Both the position numbers and the translations under genes were made by a program. DNA of 50,707 nucleotides from a virus. Taxonomy: Duplodnaviria > Caudoviricetes. The DNA is taken from IMG/VR virus record IMGVR_UViG_3300036801_000089, positions 1 to 50,707 of that record. One strand, written 5' to 3'. Shown in pieces: positions 9,699-19,843 of the stretch. How positions within the stretch are numbered: the first letter of the stretch is position 1; each line of letters starts with the position of its first letter. The notes below the pieces were generated by a model. It had not been told where the DNA came from. It saw only the letters and a list, made by a program, of their open reading frames with translations, and ran no database searches.

Positions 9699-10328
9699 AT
9701 GAGCGATTTTTTAGGAAACATCGGAAATTTCTTCGGAAGTTCAGCAGGTAAAGGACTCGGTGAAATCGCTGGCCTCGGGGCCACGGGCGCGGGCCTTGTC
9801 GGGAACCTCGCGGCGGATCGGCAGCGTTCGGCAGCGGCATCGGCAGCGCAGAAAAATATGAACCTGACACCGCAGCAGCTTGCCGCACAGGTCACGGGTG
9901 CCACGCAGCCTCTAAACGCCGGGCTGATTCAGGCAATTACCGGGAACGTCAACGCGAATCTCGCCGAGCAGGGTCTTTCGCAGGCTCCGGGTATACAGGC
10001 GACGGCATTAGCGCAAGCCTTAGCTGGTCCTGAACAGCAAAATCAAGACGCTGCACTGCGACTTGTGTTGGCTAAACTCGGACTTCCAGAGGAGTTTTTG
10101 AAATCTATTCCTCCCAACGCGAATCTATCGCCACTGCTGGCTATGCTAATGAAGGGCTTTGGCGGATCGGGCTCGACATTCAAGATGCCATTCAGCGTGA
10201 TTCCTCCTAATCCAGAGAATCAGCCGCAAGGCAACTATGATTTCGGATCGTTAGTCCCTCCGGTGAATCCCGATACTACGGGCAGCTACGATTTCGGTAG
10301 CCTCACGCCTCCTAGTGGAGGTGGCTAA
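9699..10328 (+). CDS. putative ejection protein
   Basis: G/A/Q-rich; C-terminal duplicated YDFGSLxPP. Confidence 0.55.
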   Translation: MSDFLGNIGNFFGSSAGKGLGEIAGLGATGAGLVGNLAADRQRSAAASAAQKNMNLTPQQLAAQVTGATQPLNAGLIQAITGNVNANLAEQGLSQAPGIQATALAQALAGPEQQNQDAALRLVLAKLGLPEEFLKSIPPNANLSPLLAMLMKGFGGSGSTFKMPFSVIPPNPENQPQGNYDFGSLVPPVNPDTTGSYDFGSLTPPSGGG

Positions 10329-11647
10329 TGGGGTGGTTGGGCCGTGGACTAGGTGATTTTGGCTCCCAAGTTGGTGCGGGGTACGACATCAACCAGCAAT
10401 GGAAGCAGCGGTCGCAGCAGATGGCGATGGAGCAGGCGCGGCAGAAGCTCGCTGATTTGATGGGGCCGCTTCAGCTTCAGCAGCTACAGCAGCAGATCAA
10501 ACAGATGCAGGCACCGCAATTTCAGGGAACCGCCAAGACTCCCGGTGGTGGCGAGGCTGCGATTATCCGTGATCCTGAGAAGGGCGCTATCACAACGCAG
10601 GACATTCTTCCCGGAATGAAGATGACTGACGTAGATGCACGAATCTCGAAGATGATTCAAGGTGCGCCTACGCATCAAGCCAAACTCTTACTCCAGTCCA
10701 TACGCGAGCGGGTGAACGATCCCAACGGTGATCCTGCGGTCATTTTGAAAGATGCGGAGACGGCCTACTCGAAATATATTGAGCAAGGCAAGCCTCAGAA
10801 AAAAGAGGACGTTGATCTTACGAAAGGTGTCATCACGCACTACGACGAGGAAGGAAATGCCACAACCTATCCGATCTTCAAGGGCGGGAAGATCAATCCC
10901 GACCTACTCGACGCGCAGCGCGAGATAGTCGATTCCGCCATCACGTCCAATCAAAACAAGTTTGAACAGCAAGAGCGACTGCAAACAGACCGCATGGATG
11001 CGTATGCCAAAACCTACGCACAGATGCGCGGACAAGTCTATCAATATAACGTGCTGGACAAAAACACTGGCGAGCCTGTGATGGTGAACGCCAACACAAT
11101 CAACGATAATCCCGGTCGATATATGGCTGGTAGTCTCGGCCAGCAACTCAAAAACCGCGAAGGTGTTTTCGATGAGATTAAATACACGTCCAGCCAATTC
11201 GACGACGCTCTAAGGGGAATGACGGACAACGACTTTAAGACACTGCCGCGAGCGCAGATTGCTCTGGCTCTGCAAGATCGTGATCCACGCTCGGCGATGT
11301 CGCAATTGGTGGGAAGTGAGGTAGGGGCAACGCTCACACCAGCGCAAATGAACTATGTGACGGGGCTTTCTTCGCTTCAAGAATCAGCCATGTCGTTGCG
11401 CTCGATCGCTGGAATGGGCCAAGGATCGGATACGCTACGTAACGCGATTATGCGCATGTTGCCTGGGCCTACAACGCCATCTATTCCGTATGCTAGACGG
11501 CAGATGGACTTATTCAACGGCGAAGTCAATGCTCTCCACAGGCCGATCCCTGCAAGCATTCAAAACAGTATGGGGGGTAATACGCCGCAGATTGCAGCAC
11601 CGCCACCGGGAGCAAAGGTGCGAGATTATTCACAGATTGGACGATAA
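10328..11647 (+). CDS. putative ejection (internal virion) protein
   Basis: MGWLGRGLGDFG..., Q-rich coiled coil; TAATG coupling. Confidence 0.55.
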   Translation: MGWLGRGLGDFGSQVGAGYDINQQWKQRSQQMAMEQARQKLADLMGPLQLQQLQQQIKQMQAPQFQGTAKTPGGGEAAIIRDPEKGAITTQDILPGMKMTDVDARISKMIQGAPTHQAKLLLQSIRERVNDPNGDPAVILKDAETAYSKYIEQGKPQKKEDVDLTKGVITHYDEEGNATTYPIFKGGKINPDLLDAQREIVDSAITSNQNKFEQQERLQTDRMDAYAKTYAQMRGQVYQYNVLDKNTGEPVMVNANTINDNPGRYMAGSLGQQLKNREGVFDEIKYTSSQFDDALRGMTDNDFKTLPRAQIALALQDRDPRSAMSQLVGSEVGATLTPAQMNYVTGLSSLQESAMSLRSIAGMGQGSDTLRNAIMRMLPGPTTPSIPYARRQMDLFNGEVNALHRPIPASIQNSMGGNTPQIAAPPPGAKVRDYSQIGR

Positions 11648-12583
11648 ATGCCTGACGATTTCCAATACGTGAAATTGCCTGATGGAAGCTATGGAAAGTT
11701 TCGCTCGGACGCGACCGATGAAGTCATTCGTTCAGCTATTTCCAAGGATTTTCCAGATGCGTTCAAACCAAAGGAATCACCAATGGCCGAGACGCTTGGA
11801 AAGACGACGGGAATCAGTGCCCGTTCCGAACCGTCGCAAGGCCCTCTGATCGACACCATCGAAAAAGCGCGCGAGTGGCTACAAAACAAAGTCACGACAG
11901 GATCTCAGGCGGGCGCGGGCGAGTTTATGGCTTCCGCTCCACTGGGAGTATTGCGTGTCGCCAAGGGCGGCGCGGAACTGACAAACTCACCGTGGCAGGC
12001 CACAAAAGACGTTGTTGGTGGAGGATTGCAAGCGGCCACGATGCCCGGAATGGTTATTGCGCCAGAAGCAGGCGAAGCAGCAGCAGGAATGATACCTAGT
12101 GCTGCGCGAGCTGGAAAGAAATTCGAGGAAGTCATGGGTGCCGCACGGGATATTCCCATCAAGGCGGGCGGTCCAGTAGCGGAAGCTATGCGTGGCAAGG
12201 AAATAGCTTCCCGCGGCGGTCAACTTCCAAAGATTCTGCGTGATTTCGTTCGCCGCACATCTGACGTGGAAGGCGAGCCAATTACCTATCAGGAAGCCCG
12301 AGACTTCTATACCAACGCTCGTTTGGCGATGAGTGAGTACCTTGCAACCAAGCCGAATATGTGGCGACAGGTAACGATTTTCAAGAACGCGCTCGGCGAA
12401 GCTCTCCAAGATGCTGCCAACACCGCAGGGAAGGGATCGGAATATCGAAGCGCAATGGCTGAGTATCGTCGAGCGGCGAATCTTAAAAAAGTATTGTCAG
12501 CGGCAGCGGGACTCGGCATATCCAGCCTCGCTAGTAGCGGAGTGAGAAAAACGATTTCAACTTTATCGGATGTAGCGAAATAG
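11648..12583 (+). CDS. putative ejection (internal virion) protein
   Basis: YVKLPDGSY..F..DAT N-terminus typical of large internal virion proteins; A/G-rich. Confidence 0.55.
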   Translation: MPDDFQYVKLPDGSYGKFRSDATDEVIRSAISKDFPDAFKPKESPMAETLGKTTGISARSEPSQGPLIDTIEKAREWLQNKVTTGSQAGAGEFMASAPLGVLRVAKGGAELTNSPWQATKDVVGGGLQAATMPGMVIAPEAGEAAAGMIPSAARAGKKFEEVMGAARDIPIKAGGPVAEAMRGKEIASRGGQLPKILRDFVRRTSDVEGEPITYQEARDFYTNARLAMSEYLATKPNMWRQVTIFKNALGEALQDAANTAGKGSEYRSAMAEYRRAANLKKVLSAAAGLGISSLASSGVRKTISTLSDVAK

Positions 12584-12694
12584 CCGACCCTGCACGCAGA
12601 AAGAGAGAAAGACAATGAGTGCCAGCAACGGAATGGGCAATCCAGAAGCGCCCCAAAGTGAGCCTACGACGATCCAAAAAAGTATGGTTTTCAT
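12563..12694 (-). CDS. 43-aa membrane microprotein
   Basis: Manual translation MKTILFWIVVGSLWGASGLPIPLLALIVFLSFCVQGRLFRYIR; GGAG RBS. Confidence 0.55.
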   Translation of the reverse strand: MKTILFWIVVGSLWGASGLPIPLLALIVFLSFCVQGRLFRYIR

Positions 12695-12726
12695 GTCGGC
12701 AGTCTCCAGTGTCGTGAGCATACGCT

Positions 12727-12903
12727 ATGCCCAACAAGAAAGTCAAGACTATGCCACTACATAAGGGATCATCGAAGAAGGTTGTCAGCGAGAACATACG
12801 GGAACTCATGGATTCAGGCAGGCTGCAAAAGCAAGCCGTAGCAATCGCACTGAGCGAGAAGCGTAGAGGCCGAAAATCGAAGCGCAGTTCACGGAGGAAA
12901 TAA
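12727..12903 (+). CDS. small basic protein (DUF6496-like)
   Basis: MPLHKGSSKKVVSENIRELM...QKQAVAIALSEKRR motif; manual translation. Confidence 0.65.
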   Translation: MPNKKVKTMPLHKGSSKKVVSENIRELMDSGRLQKQAVAIALSEKRRGRKSKRSSRRK

Positions 12904-13040
12904 TGTTCAGCAAAAAGCCATCGGGAAGCCAAATGGAGTCCAAGGAAGCCAGCGAAAAGAACGATTTCATGGCCCGCTTCCAGAAGAAGGGCAAGCGCGG
13001 CTCGAAGAAGCATGGTCGGCGCATGTCGAAGAGGGCGTAA
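12903..13040 (+). CDS. small basic protein
   Basis: TAATG coupling at both ends; MFSKKP...KKGKRGSKKHGRRMSKRA. Confidence 0.55.
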   Translation: MFSKKPSGSQMESKEASEKNDFMARFQKKGKRGSKKHGRRMSKRA

Positions 13041-14128
13041 TGGTCAAACGGCTCATTATTATTTTAATACTGATCGCGTGTCCTGCGTTTTTGCACGCGC
13101 AGCAGCTTACCGTGAGCGCCACGGTTACAGGGTCGAACGGCCCGTGGGCCAATGGGACAGCCCACGCTTCCCTGGTGTGTCCAGGAAACGCCCAGGCTTA
13201 TAGCGGCACATTTCCCATTGCGCGCGATACGCCTACGGTCGCGCTCGACGGGAATGGACACTTCTCGCAGGTGCTTTTCGATACGTCACAACTCAAAGAC
13301 GTTAACGGTAGCGCGATGACGACGTGTTCTTACGTATTCAGGATCACCGAGGCGTGCGGAATCTCCAATTTCAGCACAGGTGCGCTCACGGGCATCACTG
13401 GAGCAGGGCCGGTGGACCTCACATCGCAGATCAACACGTTTACGGTGCCACTTTCGGCAGGCTGCGCGGTGCCCGCTGGCACGGTGACCAGCATTACGGC
13501 CACGGCGCCCATTGTGGTGACGCCTACCCCCCTTACAGGCATAGGCGTGGTGAGTTGTCCTACCTGCGCCGCTGGCGGGACCATCAGCATTACGGCGACC
13601 GCGCCTATTGTGATAACCCCTAGCCCGACCACAGGCACAGGCGTAATTAGTTTGAGCATCACGCCGACGACGTGTACCAACCAAGTTATCTCTGCGATCA
13701 GCGCATCCGGGGTAGGCACCTGCCACACGGTAGCGGGCGCGGACATGGCGAATAATACGGTCACAGCGACACAGCTTGCCACACAGTACAGCAAGCTGCG
13801 CTGCGACACGGGACTTGGAGACGGCCTGAACGCCGTGGCTGCGGGCACGTATCTGCAAACGAACTGCTACAACGATTCGGGAGTGACGTGGACGATCACG
13901 CGCATCGGGTGCTTCACCGACAATGGCGGGTCATCGACGCTGAACGCGACGAACGGCGCGGCAACTGGGCTGCTGACTGGTGCGGTGACCTGTACGGCAG
14001 CGGCAGGTGGCGCAGCGGGAACGCAAAGCGCAACAACGACGATCGCCAGCGGCGACGTAATCAAGTTTACGTGGGTTGCCGATGGCACCAGCAAGCAGAC
14101 GGAATGGTTTATATCTCTCACTCAATGA
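13040..14128 (+). CDS. fibre-like protein with Sec signal peptide
   Basis: MVKRLIIILILIACPAFLHA|QQ; T/G/C-rich; duplicated SITATAPIVxTP repeat. Confidence 0.7.
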   Translation: MVKRLIIILILIACPAFLHAQQLTVSATVTGSNGPWANGTAHASLVCPGNAQAYSGTFPIARDTPTVALDGNGHFSQVLFDTSQLKDVNGSAMTTCSYVFRITEACGISNFSTGALTGITGAGPVDLTSQINTFTVPLSAGCAVPAGTVTSITATAPIVVTPTPLTGIGVVSCPTCAAGGTISITATAPIVITPSPTTGTGVISLSITPTTCTNQVISAISASGVGTCHTVAGADMANNTVTATQLATQYSKLRCDTGLGDGLNAVAAGTYLQTNCYNDSGVTWTITRIGCFTDNGGSSTLNATNGAATGLLTGAVTCTAAAGGAAGTQSATTTIASGDVIKFTWVADGTSKQTEWFISLTQ

Positions 14129-14877
14129 AAAAGCTGCTCATTCTAGTTATGTTGCTGTGCTGTGCCTCAGCCGCTCACGGGGCCGTTACGGTTAGTCAAA
14201 TCGTGACGAGCACGCAAACAACCAACAATGTTACTGTTACGCTCACGCCAAACGCTTCCGGCGACATGCTATTGGTCTGGTTTTGTACCGGATCGGGATT
14301 CAGCGGCAACACTTCAGACAATGTAAATGCCGGGAATTATGTGGTTGTGGCGACTTCGGTCAACTCTGGCGGGGCAATCACAAACTCTTGCGAATGGTGT
14401 TATCACTTGAATGTGGCAGCATCGGCTACGACTGTTACTGTGGCGACCAGCGGGACCGATACCTCCATAGTCATCTACGACCTTGCAGGCGCGGCCACCG
14501 TTTCGCCGATTGCCGATCATCACGAAGCTCAGGGCACGACAACATCGGGAACCACGACTAGCCTGACTACTTCGGCATCAGGTTCCGCACTGTTTGCTGG
14601 ATTCGGCGATTTTAACGCCACCTCGATCAACGCCTATATCGCTACAGCGGGAAGTGGATGGACTTCGGTGACTGGAAACAACGTGGCAGCGCAATGCACA
14701 GGTTGCCAGAATGTTCATTACTACCCTCTTGGGACTGAAGATCAACTCTCGGTCGGTAGCGGAACTTTTACGGTCACGGCAACGCTATCGGCGTCGGGTC
14801 ACTGGGCCGGGGCATCGGTAGCCATTGCGCCAGCATCAGTGCCGAGCGTTCCGCGACATCATCAGGGCACATGGTGA
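14125..14877 (+). CDS. S/T-rich beta protein with Sec signal peptide
   Basis: MKKLLILVMLLCCASAAHG|AV; ATGA overlap with the previous stop. Confidence 0.7.
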   Translation: MKKLLILVMLLCCASAAHGAVTVSQIVTSTQTTNNVTVTLTPNASGDMLLVWFCTGSGFSGNTSDNVNAGNYVVVATSVNSGGAITNSCEWCYHLNVAASATTVTVATSGTDTSIVIYDLAGAATVSPIADHHEAQGTTTSGTTTSLTTSASGSALFAGFGDFNATSINAYIATAGSGWTSVTGNNVAAQCTGCQNVHYYPLGTEDQLSVGSGTFTVTATLSASGHWAGASVAIAPASVPSVPRHHQGTW

Positions 14878-14894
14878 AAATGGAGGGCAATTTG

Positions 14895-17090
14895 GTGAAA
14901 AAGTGGTTGCTCATTTCGGTGCTGTGCGTGGCAGCGGTGGCTCACGCGCAACAAAAGACAAATCTAACCGCCGCTAGCGCGAATTGCACGTCCATGTCCT
15001 GCCTTTCCATTTCTGTCGATCCGGGCCAAGGCGGGGCGACGTTCACGATTACAGCCAACGCCTCGGGGAACACAATCCAGTTTGAAGCCTCGGGCGACGG
15101 CGGCACAACGCGGGTGGCGCTAAACGTCACGCCAAGCAACAGCCCTACGGCGGTTACGTCCTCAACAGGGACGGGAACTTGGCAGGCGAATACCGCTGGC
15201 TACACCAACGTCTACATGCGCATATCCACATTAGTTGGCGGATCAACTACCGTTTCCATTGTGCCATCGAATGCTTCAGCTCGGGCTGGAGGGGGTGGCG
15301 GTGGCGTTACCTGCACCCCCACCGTAGGCGGACTGGTTCCCACACCGCCGAACGACACAAGCTTGTTTCTGAATGGTGAATGTTTATGGAGTCATGCCAC
15401 AGGAAGTTATAATACCGTAATCGATGCAACGAACTATGGAGTCACTAGCGGTGGTGAACAGTTCGATGTTGGATTCTCAAACACGAGTCACACGATCACT
15501 TTTCCCAACAACGATTGCCCAACAAATGCTCCACTAGGAGCGATCATTTTCGGGACGACTTTCGCATCTACATTTTCAGGTGCTGGATCACTAATAATTG
15601 CGCAAGGAACCATCACTGGTGTATGCAATGTCGGTTCTGGCACGTTGACAGCCTCGGCAGCGGCAGGAAGTGATTGCATTTCTGGAGCAGGAACGCTTTG
15701 TTCGATAACCTGGGGAACCGACCAGACTTCTAACTTGGCGACATTTGCTACCGACGTGATTTCAGACCCGAACTGCGCCGTAGGTATTTTGCCAGCCGGA
15801 GTGTTCCTTGTGCAGTCTGGATTCGCAAATGACATTCCCGCTAATTCATGCGCGGCTGCGACTGGCAGCAACTTTCAAGGCCCGGCATTCACAGGAATCG
15901 GCCCTTATTGGGCATCAACGACTATCGTACCAACGCCGAACTTTGATACCACGCCTGGTAGCGGGAACAGTTGCGACGGTGGCGTAACCCAAACGGCGTG
16001 CTTCTTCAGCACTCCCGCCGCTATCATCGCAAATTTCGGAATCAGCGGAAACGGCAATCCATGCACTGGAAAGACAGATACTTTTACGGGAGTCGAACTC
16101 AACGGCGGAACTATAGAAGCTAATGCGTATGCGTACAGCGTGCTCTTGTCGAACTGGTGTACAGACGACGCAAATTCGATCGGCTTATTGACCAATAGCG
16201 CGAGTCAAGTAAGTATACAGAATACGACAATAAGCGCATTCGGGTCGCTTCCATGCAAGAACACCCAACATAGCCCAAACTTTGTTTACGTGAGCGTCTC
16301 CCAGTGCGCCAACGGAACGCGCAGTACTACGGCCAATACTTGTGGTCTCTATAACGTGGGTACTGGCCATTGGGAATCGCGTGATTCAGTTTACGGCTGT
16401 AAAACATCGCAGAGTGTAATTACAATTCTCAATAGCGCTAATGCCACGCTGAACCTTGATGGTGGCTATCTCGCACTAATAAATACTGCGGCCAACGATG
16501 CCTATCTGCTTTTAAATGAAGGGACCGCTAATCTCAGTAAGGTTTTTATCAGTGATGTGGATAGCAGTGCTGGCACTCCAAATTACGGGATTTATACCGT
16601 AAGTCCGGCAAAAACAAATCTTCGCGATACGACCGTCGATATGACCTACATCGGCGCCATTGCATTCGACACCTTGGATGCAGGCGGTGAAATAGCGGAT
16701 TTTGGCGGGAATCTCATAACAACCGTAGCGGCCAACAAGCTGGGAGCCGGATCATTGCTTGGTGGTAAATTCGTTCAAGCTACCGGCCTGCCATCTATCG
16801 CTTCCGGCTTTGGCACCGGCGCATCCGTTGTTTTAGGTTCGTATTGGGATTCGTTCACCATCAACGTAGGCACTAGTAACACGGGCACGGGAGTGCTAAC
16901 GCTTCCAACCGCTCCAAATGGATGGTCCTGTTCGGCAACGGATGTGAGCACCACGAGCACAACTGTATCGCAGACTAAAGTAGTACCGACTTCTACAACT
17001 TCGGTGACTTTCCAGAATTACACGGACATTTCCGGCACTCACGCATGGGTCGATAGCGACATTTTGAACGTGCAGTGCAATCCCTACTAG
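14895..17090 (+). CDS. tailspike/adhesin-like (beta-helix-like) protein with Sec signal peptide
   Basis: GGAGG RBS, GTG start, MKKWLLISVLCVAAVAHA|QQ; GGLVPTPP and VIDATNYG fibre/spike motifs; Cys-rich. Confidence 0.7.
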   Translation: MKKWLLISVLCVAAVAHAQQKTNLTAASANCTSMSCLSISVDPGQGGATFTITANASGNTIQFEASGDGGTTRVALNVTPSNSPTAVTSSTGTGTWQANTAGYTNVYMRISTLVGGSTTVSIVPSNASARAGGGGGGVTCTPTVGGLVPTPPNDTSLFLNGECLWSHATGSYNTVIDATNYGVTSGGEQFDVGFSNTSHTITFPNNDCPTNAPLGAIIFGTTFASTFSGAGSLIIAQGTITGVCNVGSGTLTASAAAGSDCISGAGTLCSITWGTDQTSNLATFATDVISDPNCAVGILPAGVFLVQSGFANDIPANSCAAATGSNFQGPAFTGIGPYWASTTIVPTPNFDTTPGSGNSCDGGVTQTACFFSTPAAIIANFGISGNGNPCTGKTDTFTGVELNGGTIEANAYAYSVLLSNWCTDDANSIGLLTNSASQVSIQNTTISAFGSLPCKNTQHSPNFVYVSVSQCANGTRSTTANTCGLYNVGTGHWESRDSVYGCKTSQSVITILNSANATLNLDGGYLALINTAANDAYLLLNEGTANLSKVFISDVDSSAGTPNYGIYTVSPAKTNLRDTTVDMTYIGAIAFDTLDAGGEIADFGGNLITTVAANKLGAGSLLGGKFVQATGLPSIASGFGTGASVVLGSYWDSFTINVGTSNTGTGVLTLPTAPNGWSCSATDVSTTSTTVSQTKVVPTSTTSVTFQNYTDISGTHAWVDSDILNVQCNPY

Positions 17091-17091
17091 A

Positions 17092-18099
17092 ATGAAAACC
17101 TTAATCGTATTCCTGCTTCTGGCCGCAACAGCGAACGCCCAGCGTAATGCTGACCCGACGATGACCATTCCTGTTCTCCCATCGCCTACGGCGACGAGCC
17201 ACTCGGTCACGCTTTCATGGACGGCTGCGACTTCCTGCGGATATGACCTGACTGGAAAGGTTCCGCAGACCTGTTCTGGATATAACGTGCTGCGAAGCCA
17301 GACTCCCGGAACGGAAATAGCATTATCGCCTGCGCTCGTTCCGGGGACGAGTTTCGTCGATACCAGCGTGGTTGCCGGACAAACGTACTACTACGTCGTG
17401 ACCACGATGAATTCAGCGAGCATCACGTCGGTATTCAGCAACGAAGTTCAAGCCGTGATTCCCGTAGACATCAGCTTTACGCCCGTGCGGATAAAGCCTG
17501 GTACGGCCTATACGGATTCGCAAGGAAATCTCTGGTCGGTGGATACGACGTATTGCGTCGGGGGAAGCACCTTTACCACACCCCATGCGATTGCCGGCGC
17601 GTTGCCTTCTCTGGCTGATGGAGCTTTGTATCAGACCGAACGCTACGACAATCCCGGCGTAACAACCTGCACGATCCCGGCGCCCGCAGGAACTTATTTG
17701 CTGACGATCAAGTTTTCCGAAATCTACTTTACGGCGGTGGGCCAGCGAGTTTTCAATGTGACTATCAACGGGGTCCATGTTTTATCAAATTTCGACATTT
17801 TCGCGGCAGCGGGCGGGGAATACAAGGCCATCGACAAGACGATTATGGTCACCTCGACAGGTACGATCATTGTTTCGTTCGTGAAGGGCACTGCGAACAA
17901 TGCCAAGTATGATTCGATTCAACTGGTGCAAGCTGGAACACCGCCCCCGCCAATAATGTCAACGTCTTGCTCATGGCTCACGGACGGGGTGACCTGGAGA
18001 TGCGATACGACGACAACCAACATGACCACGGGGACGGGAATTCTAAGTATCGTAACTAGTGGTACACTTTCCAATACGAATAACGGGATACACCCATAG
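17092..18099 (+). CDS. secreted FN3 + malectin-domain protein
   Basis: Signal peptide; SVTLSW...YNVLRS...YYYVV...S..SNEV (FN3); LYQTERY...FSEIYF...QRVFNV.ING..VLSNFDIFAAAGG (malectin). Confidence 0.8.
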   Translation: MKTLIVFLLLAATANAQRNADPTMTIPVLPSPTATSHSVTLSWTAATSCGYDLTGKVPQTCSGYNVLRSQTPGTEIALSPALVPGTSFVDTSVVAGQTYYYVVTTMNSASITSVFSNEVQAVIPVDISFTPVRIKPGTAYTDSQGNLWSVDTTYCVGGSTFTTPHAIAGALPSLADGALYQTERYDNPGVTTCTIPAPAGTYLLTIKFSEIYFTAVGQRVFNVTINGVHVLSNFDIFAAAGGEYKAIDKTIMVTSTGTIIVSFVKGTANNAKYDSIQLVQAGTPPPPIMSTSCSWLTDGVTWRCDTTTTNMTTGTGILSIVTSGTLSNTNNGIHP

Positions 18100-18241
18100 T
18101 GACTTGCCATCGAGCGAATCGAAGGGAATATTGTTTTGACGCTGTATGTAAGAGGGACGCCGATCATGGAATACACATTGCCAACAGATACAGCGAAGAG
18201 ATTGCGGGAACAATTAAATAAAGTTCTCATTGGAGAGCGAT

Positions 18242-18655
18242 ATGGACGCTAATTTAGCGGTAACACAGTTCACCGCTGCGGGCGTGGCGGTGTGGGCGAT
18301 CCAGCAACTCAAGAACGCATCGTGGTTTCCTTGGCTGAAGCAAAACGGGCAGGCATGGGGAAAGCGTCTCCTGAGCATCGCCACGGCGATCGGCATTCAT
18401 ACCGGCATCGGCTACGTGTGGAACGCAGGAACGCCGCCGACAGGGTATCAGTACCAGCTAATTATCAACATTCCAGCAGTCTCGATAATTGCCATCACGA
18501 TGTGGCATTGGTTGAGTCAATATGTGCTACAGGAAGCGTTTTACCAGGTGTCCTATAACAGAGTGACTTTGACATCAACCCCTGAAGGCCGTGTTGCTCC
18601 AGCGCAAGTCACAGAACACGGTCAACTTGTGATACCAAAAACTCCAGAAGAATAG
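18242..18655 (+). CDS. holin-like membrane protein
   Basis: About three hydrophobic segments; adjacent to lysozyme. Confidence 0.5.
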   Translation: MDANLAVTQFTAAGVAVWAIQQLKNASWFPWLKQNGQAWGKRLLSIATAIGIHTGIGYVWNAGTPPTGYQYQLIINIPAVSIIAITMWHWLSQYVLQEAFYQVSYNRVTLTSTPEGRVAPAQVTEHGQLVIPKTPEE

Positions 18656-18657
18656 CT

Positions 18658-18852
18658 ATGAAAGACCCACGCATGATACTCGGTGCAGCCTTGTTACTGA
18701 TGATGTTCATCCTCGCCGAGACAATCGCGCTTGGCAAGGTTCATCAGGAAACAAGTTTCGGCTTACAGGAACTCCTCGGGAGCTTCCAGACCCTCGCAGG
18801 CGCGTTCGCAGGCTGGGCCTTCGGTAGATCAATGGAGCTTCCGCCTAAGTGA
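18658..18852 (+). CDS. small membrane protein
   Basis: Two hydrophobic segments. Confidence 0.5.
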   Translation: MKDPRMILGAALLLMMFILAETIALGKVHQETSFGLQELLGSFQTLAGAFAGWAFGRSMELPPK

Positions 18853-18865
18853 TCCCTAAAACTCC

Positions 18866-19204
18866 ATGATCTCGCCAAACTTCCATATCACCAGCGGACT
18901 AGCAAAAGCGGCTCCCCTCGTTGGTGGCGTCGTGATTATTTCGTCCATTATAGATTCCAGCCAGCAAATTTCGCCTTGGACGGATGTTTGGCGCGTCGCA
19001 ATCAGCGTGTCCTTGGGTGTTTTCATCACTTTAGTGGGCATGATCTATCACAACATGGAGAGCCGCACTGCGAACCTGGAAAAGAACTGCCTTGGCAGGA
19101 CGGAGTACGACATGCGGAATCTGGACCTAGAGAGGCATCTGGACCGCATCGAGAAACACTTGGAAGTTAACGACAGGAAAATCGAGAATCTTCGAGATCA
19201 ATAG
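18866..19204 (+). CDS. membrane protein with C-terminal coiled coil (lysis-region type)
   Basis: TM segment followed by LERHLDRIEKHLE. Confidence 0.5.
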   Translation: MISPNFHITSGLAKAAPLVGGVVIISSIIDSSQQISPWTDVWRVAISVSLGVFITLVGMIYHNMESRTANLEKNCLGRTEYDMRNLDLERHLDRIEKHLEVNDRKIENLRDQ

Positions 19205-19213
19205 GAGGACACA

Positions 19214-19414
19214 ATGGGTTTTCTATTCTCGTTTCTCGTTCTGATCATCATCCTAGGATTAATTTGGTGGGTCGTATCTGTATTGCCGATTCCCGAGCCA
19301 TTCAAAACCATCGCACTCGTCGTTCTTGTGGTGGTCTGCCTGCTGTATCTGCTGTCCATGCTGTTCGGGATGGCGCCGGCGTTCCCGGTGTTTCGGGGAC
19401 CGTACCACTACTAG
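19214..19414 (+). CDS. small two-TM membrane protein (Thivi_2564-like)
   Basis: LIILGLIWWVV..LPIPEPFKTI..VV pattern; AGGAGG RBS. Confidence 0.65.
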   Translation: MGFLFSFLVLIIILGLIWWVVSVLPIPEPFKTIALVVLVVVCLLYLLSMLFGMAPAFPVFRGPYHY

Positions 19415-19830
19415 ACCCACTGCCCTGTGCGCGTTTGCTCCGCGAGCCGTTCTGCGCGCGCTCCCACCTGAGTCGCCCAGCGAGACTCTAGCATTTCCGA
19501 CGCTGCACGCTCCCAATCGCCCTGCGCGAACGCGGACAGCATACGAGGGAACCCTTCTAGGCCAGCGAATCCCAAATTGAAGGTCATATTCGCCAGAACG
19601 CCTTGCCGCGCCGGATCAAGCGCCTCGAAGTAGGGTAGGCGCACCTGTAGTTGGGTGAGCACTTTCTGGATGTCATTGGAGAGAAGTAAGTCGATCTCTG
19701 TGTCGGAGAGTCCCACGTCGGTTAGGTTGCGGCCCACGCCGATCGTGGTCTTGCCCACTGTGTCGAGGTAGGGGAATTTTTCTACCCCCTCGTCACGTCG
19801 TAGTTGCGAGGAGATTGAATCGACGGGCAT
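19411..19830 (-). CDS. endolysin, GH24 phage lysozyme
   Basis: LRRDEG...YLDTVG.TTIGVGRNL catalytic E/D/T motif; NM.FNLG, S.WATQVG.RA. Confidence 0.9.
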   Translation of the reverse strand: MPVDSISSQLRRDEGVEKFPYLDTVGKTTIGVGRNLTDVGLSDTEIDLLLSNDIQKVLTQLQVRLPYFEALDPARQGVLANMTFNLGFAGLEGFPRMLSAFAQGDWERAASEMLESRWATQVGARAERLAEQTRTGQWV

Positions 19831-19843
19831 ATTATTTTAATAA

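Noticed and set aside
13040-18099. Diversity-generating retroelement or invertible fibre cassette
   Set aside because: No reverse transcriptase, invertase or template/variable repeat pair was seen
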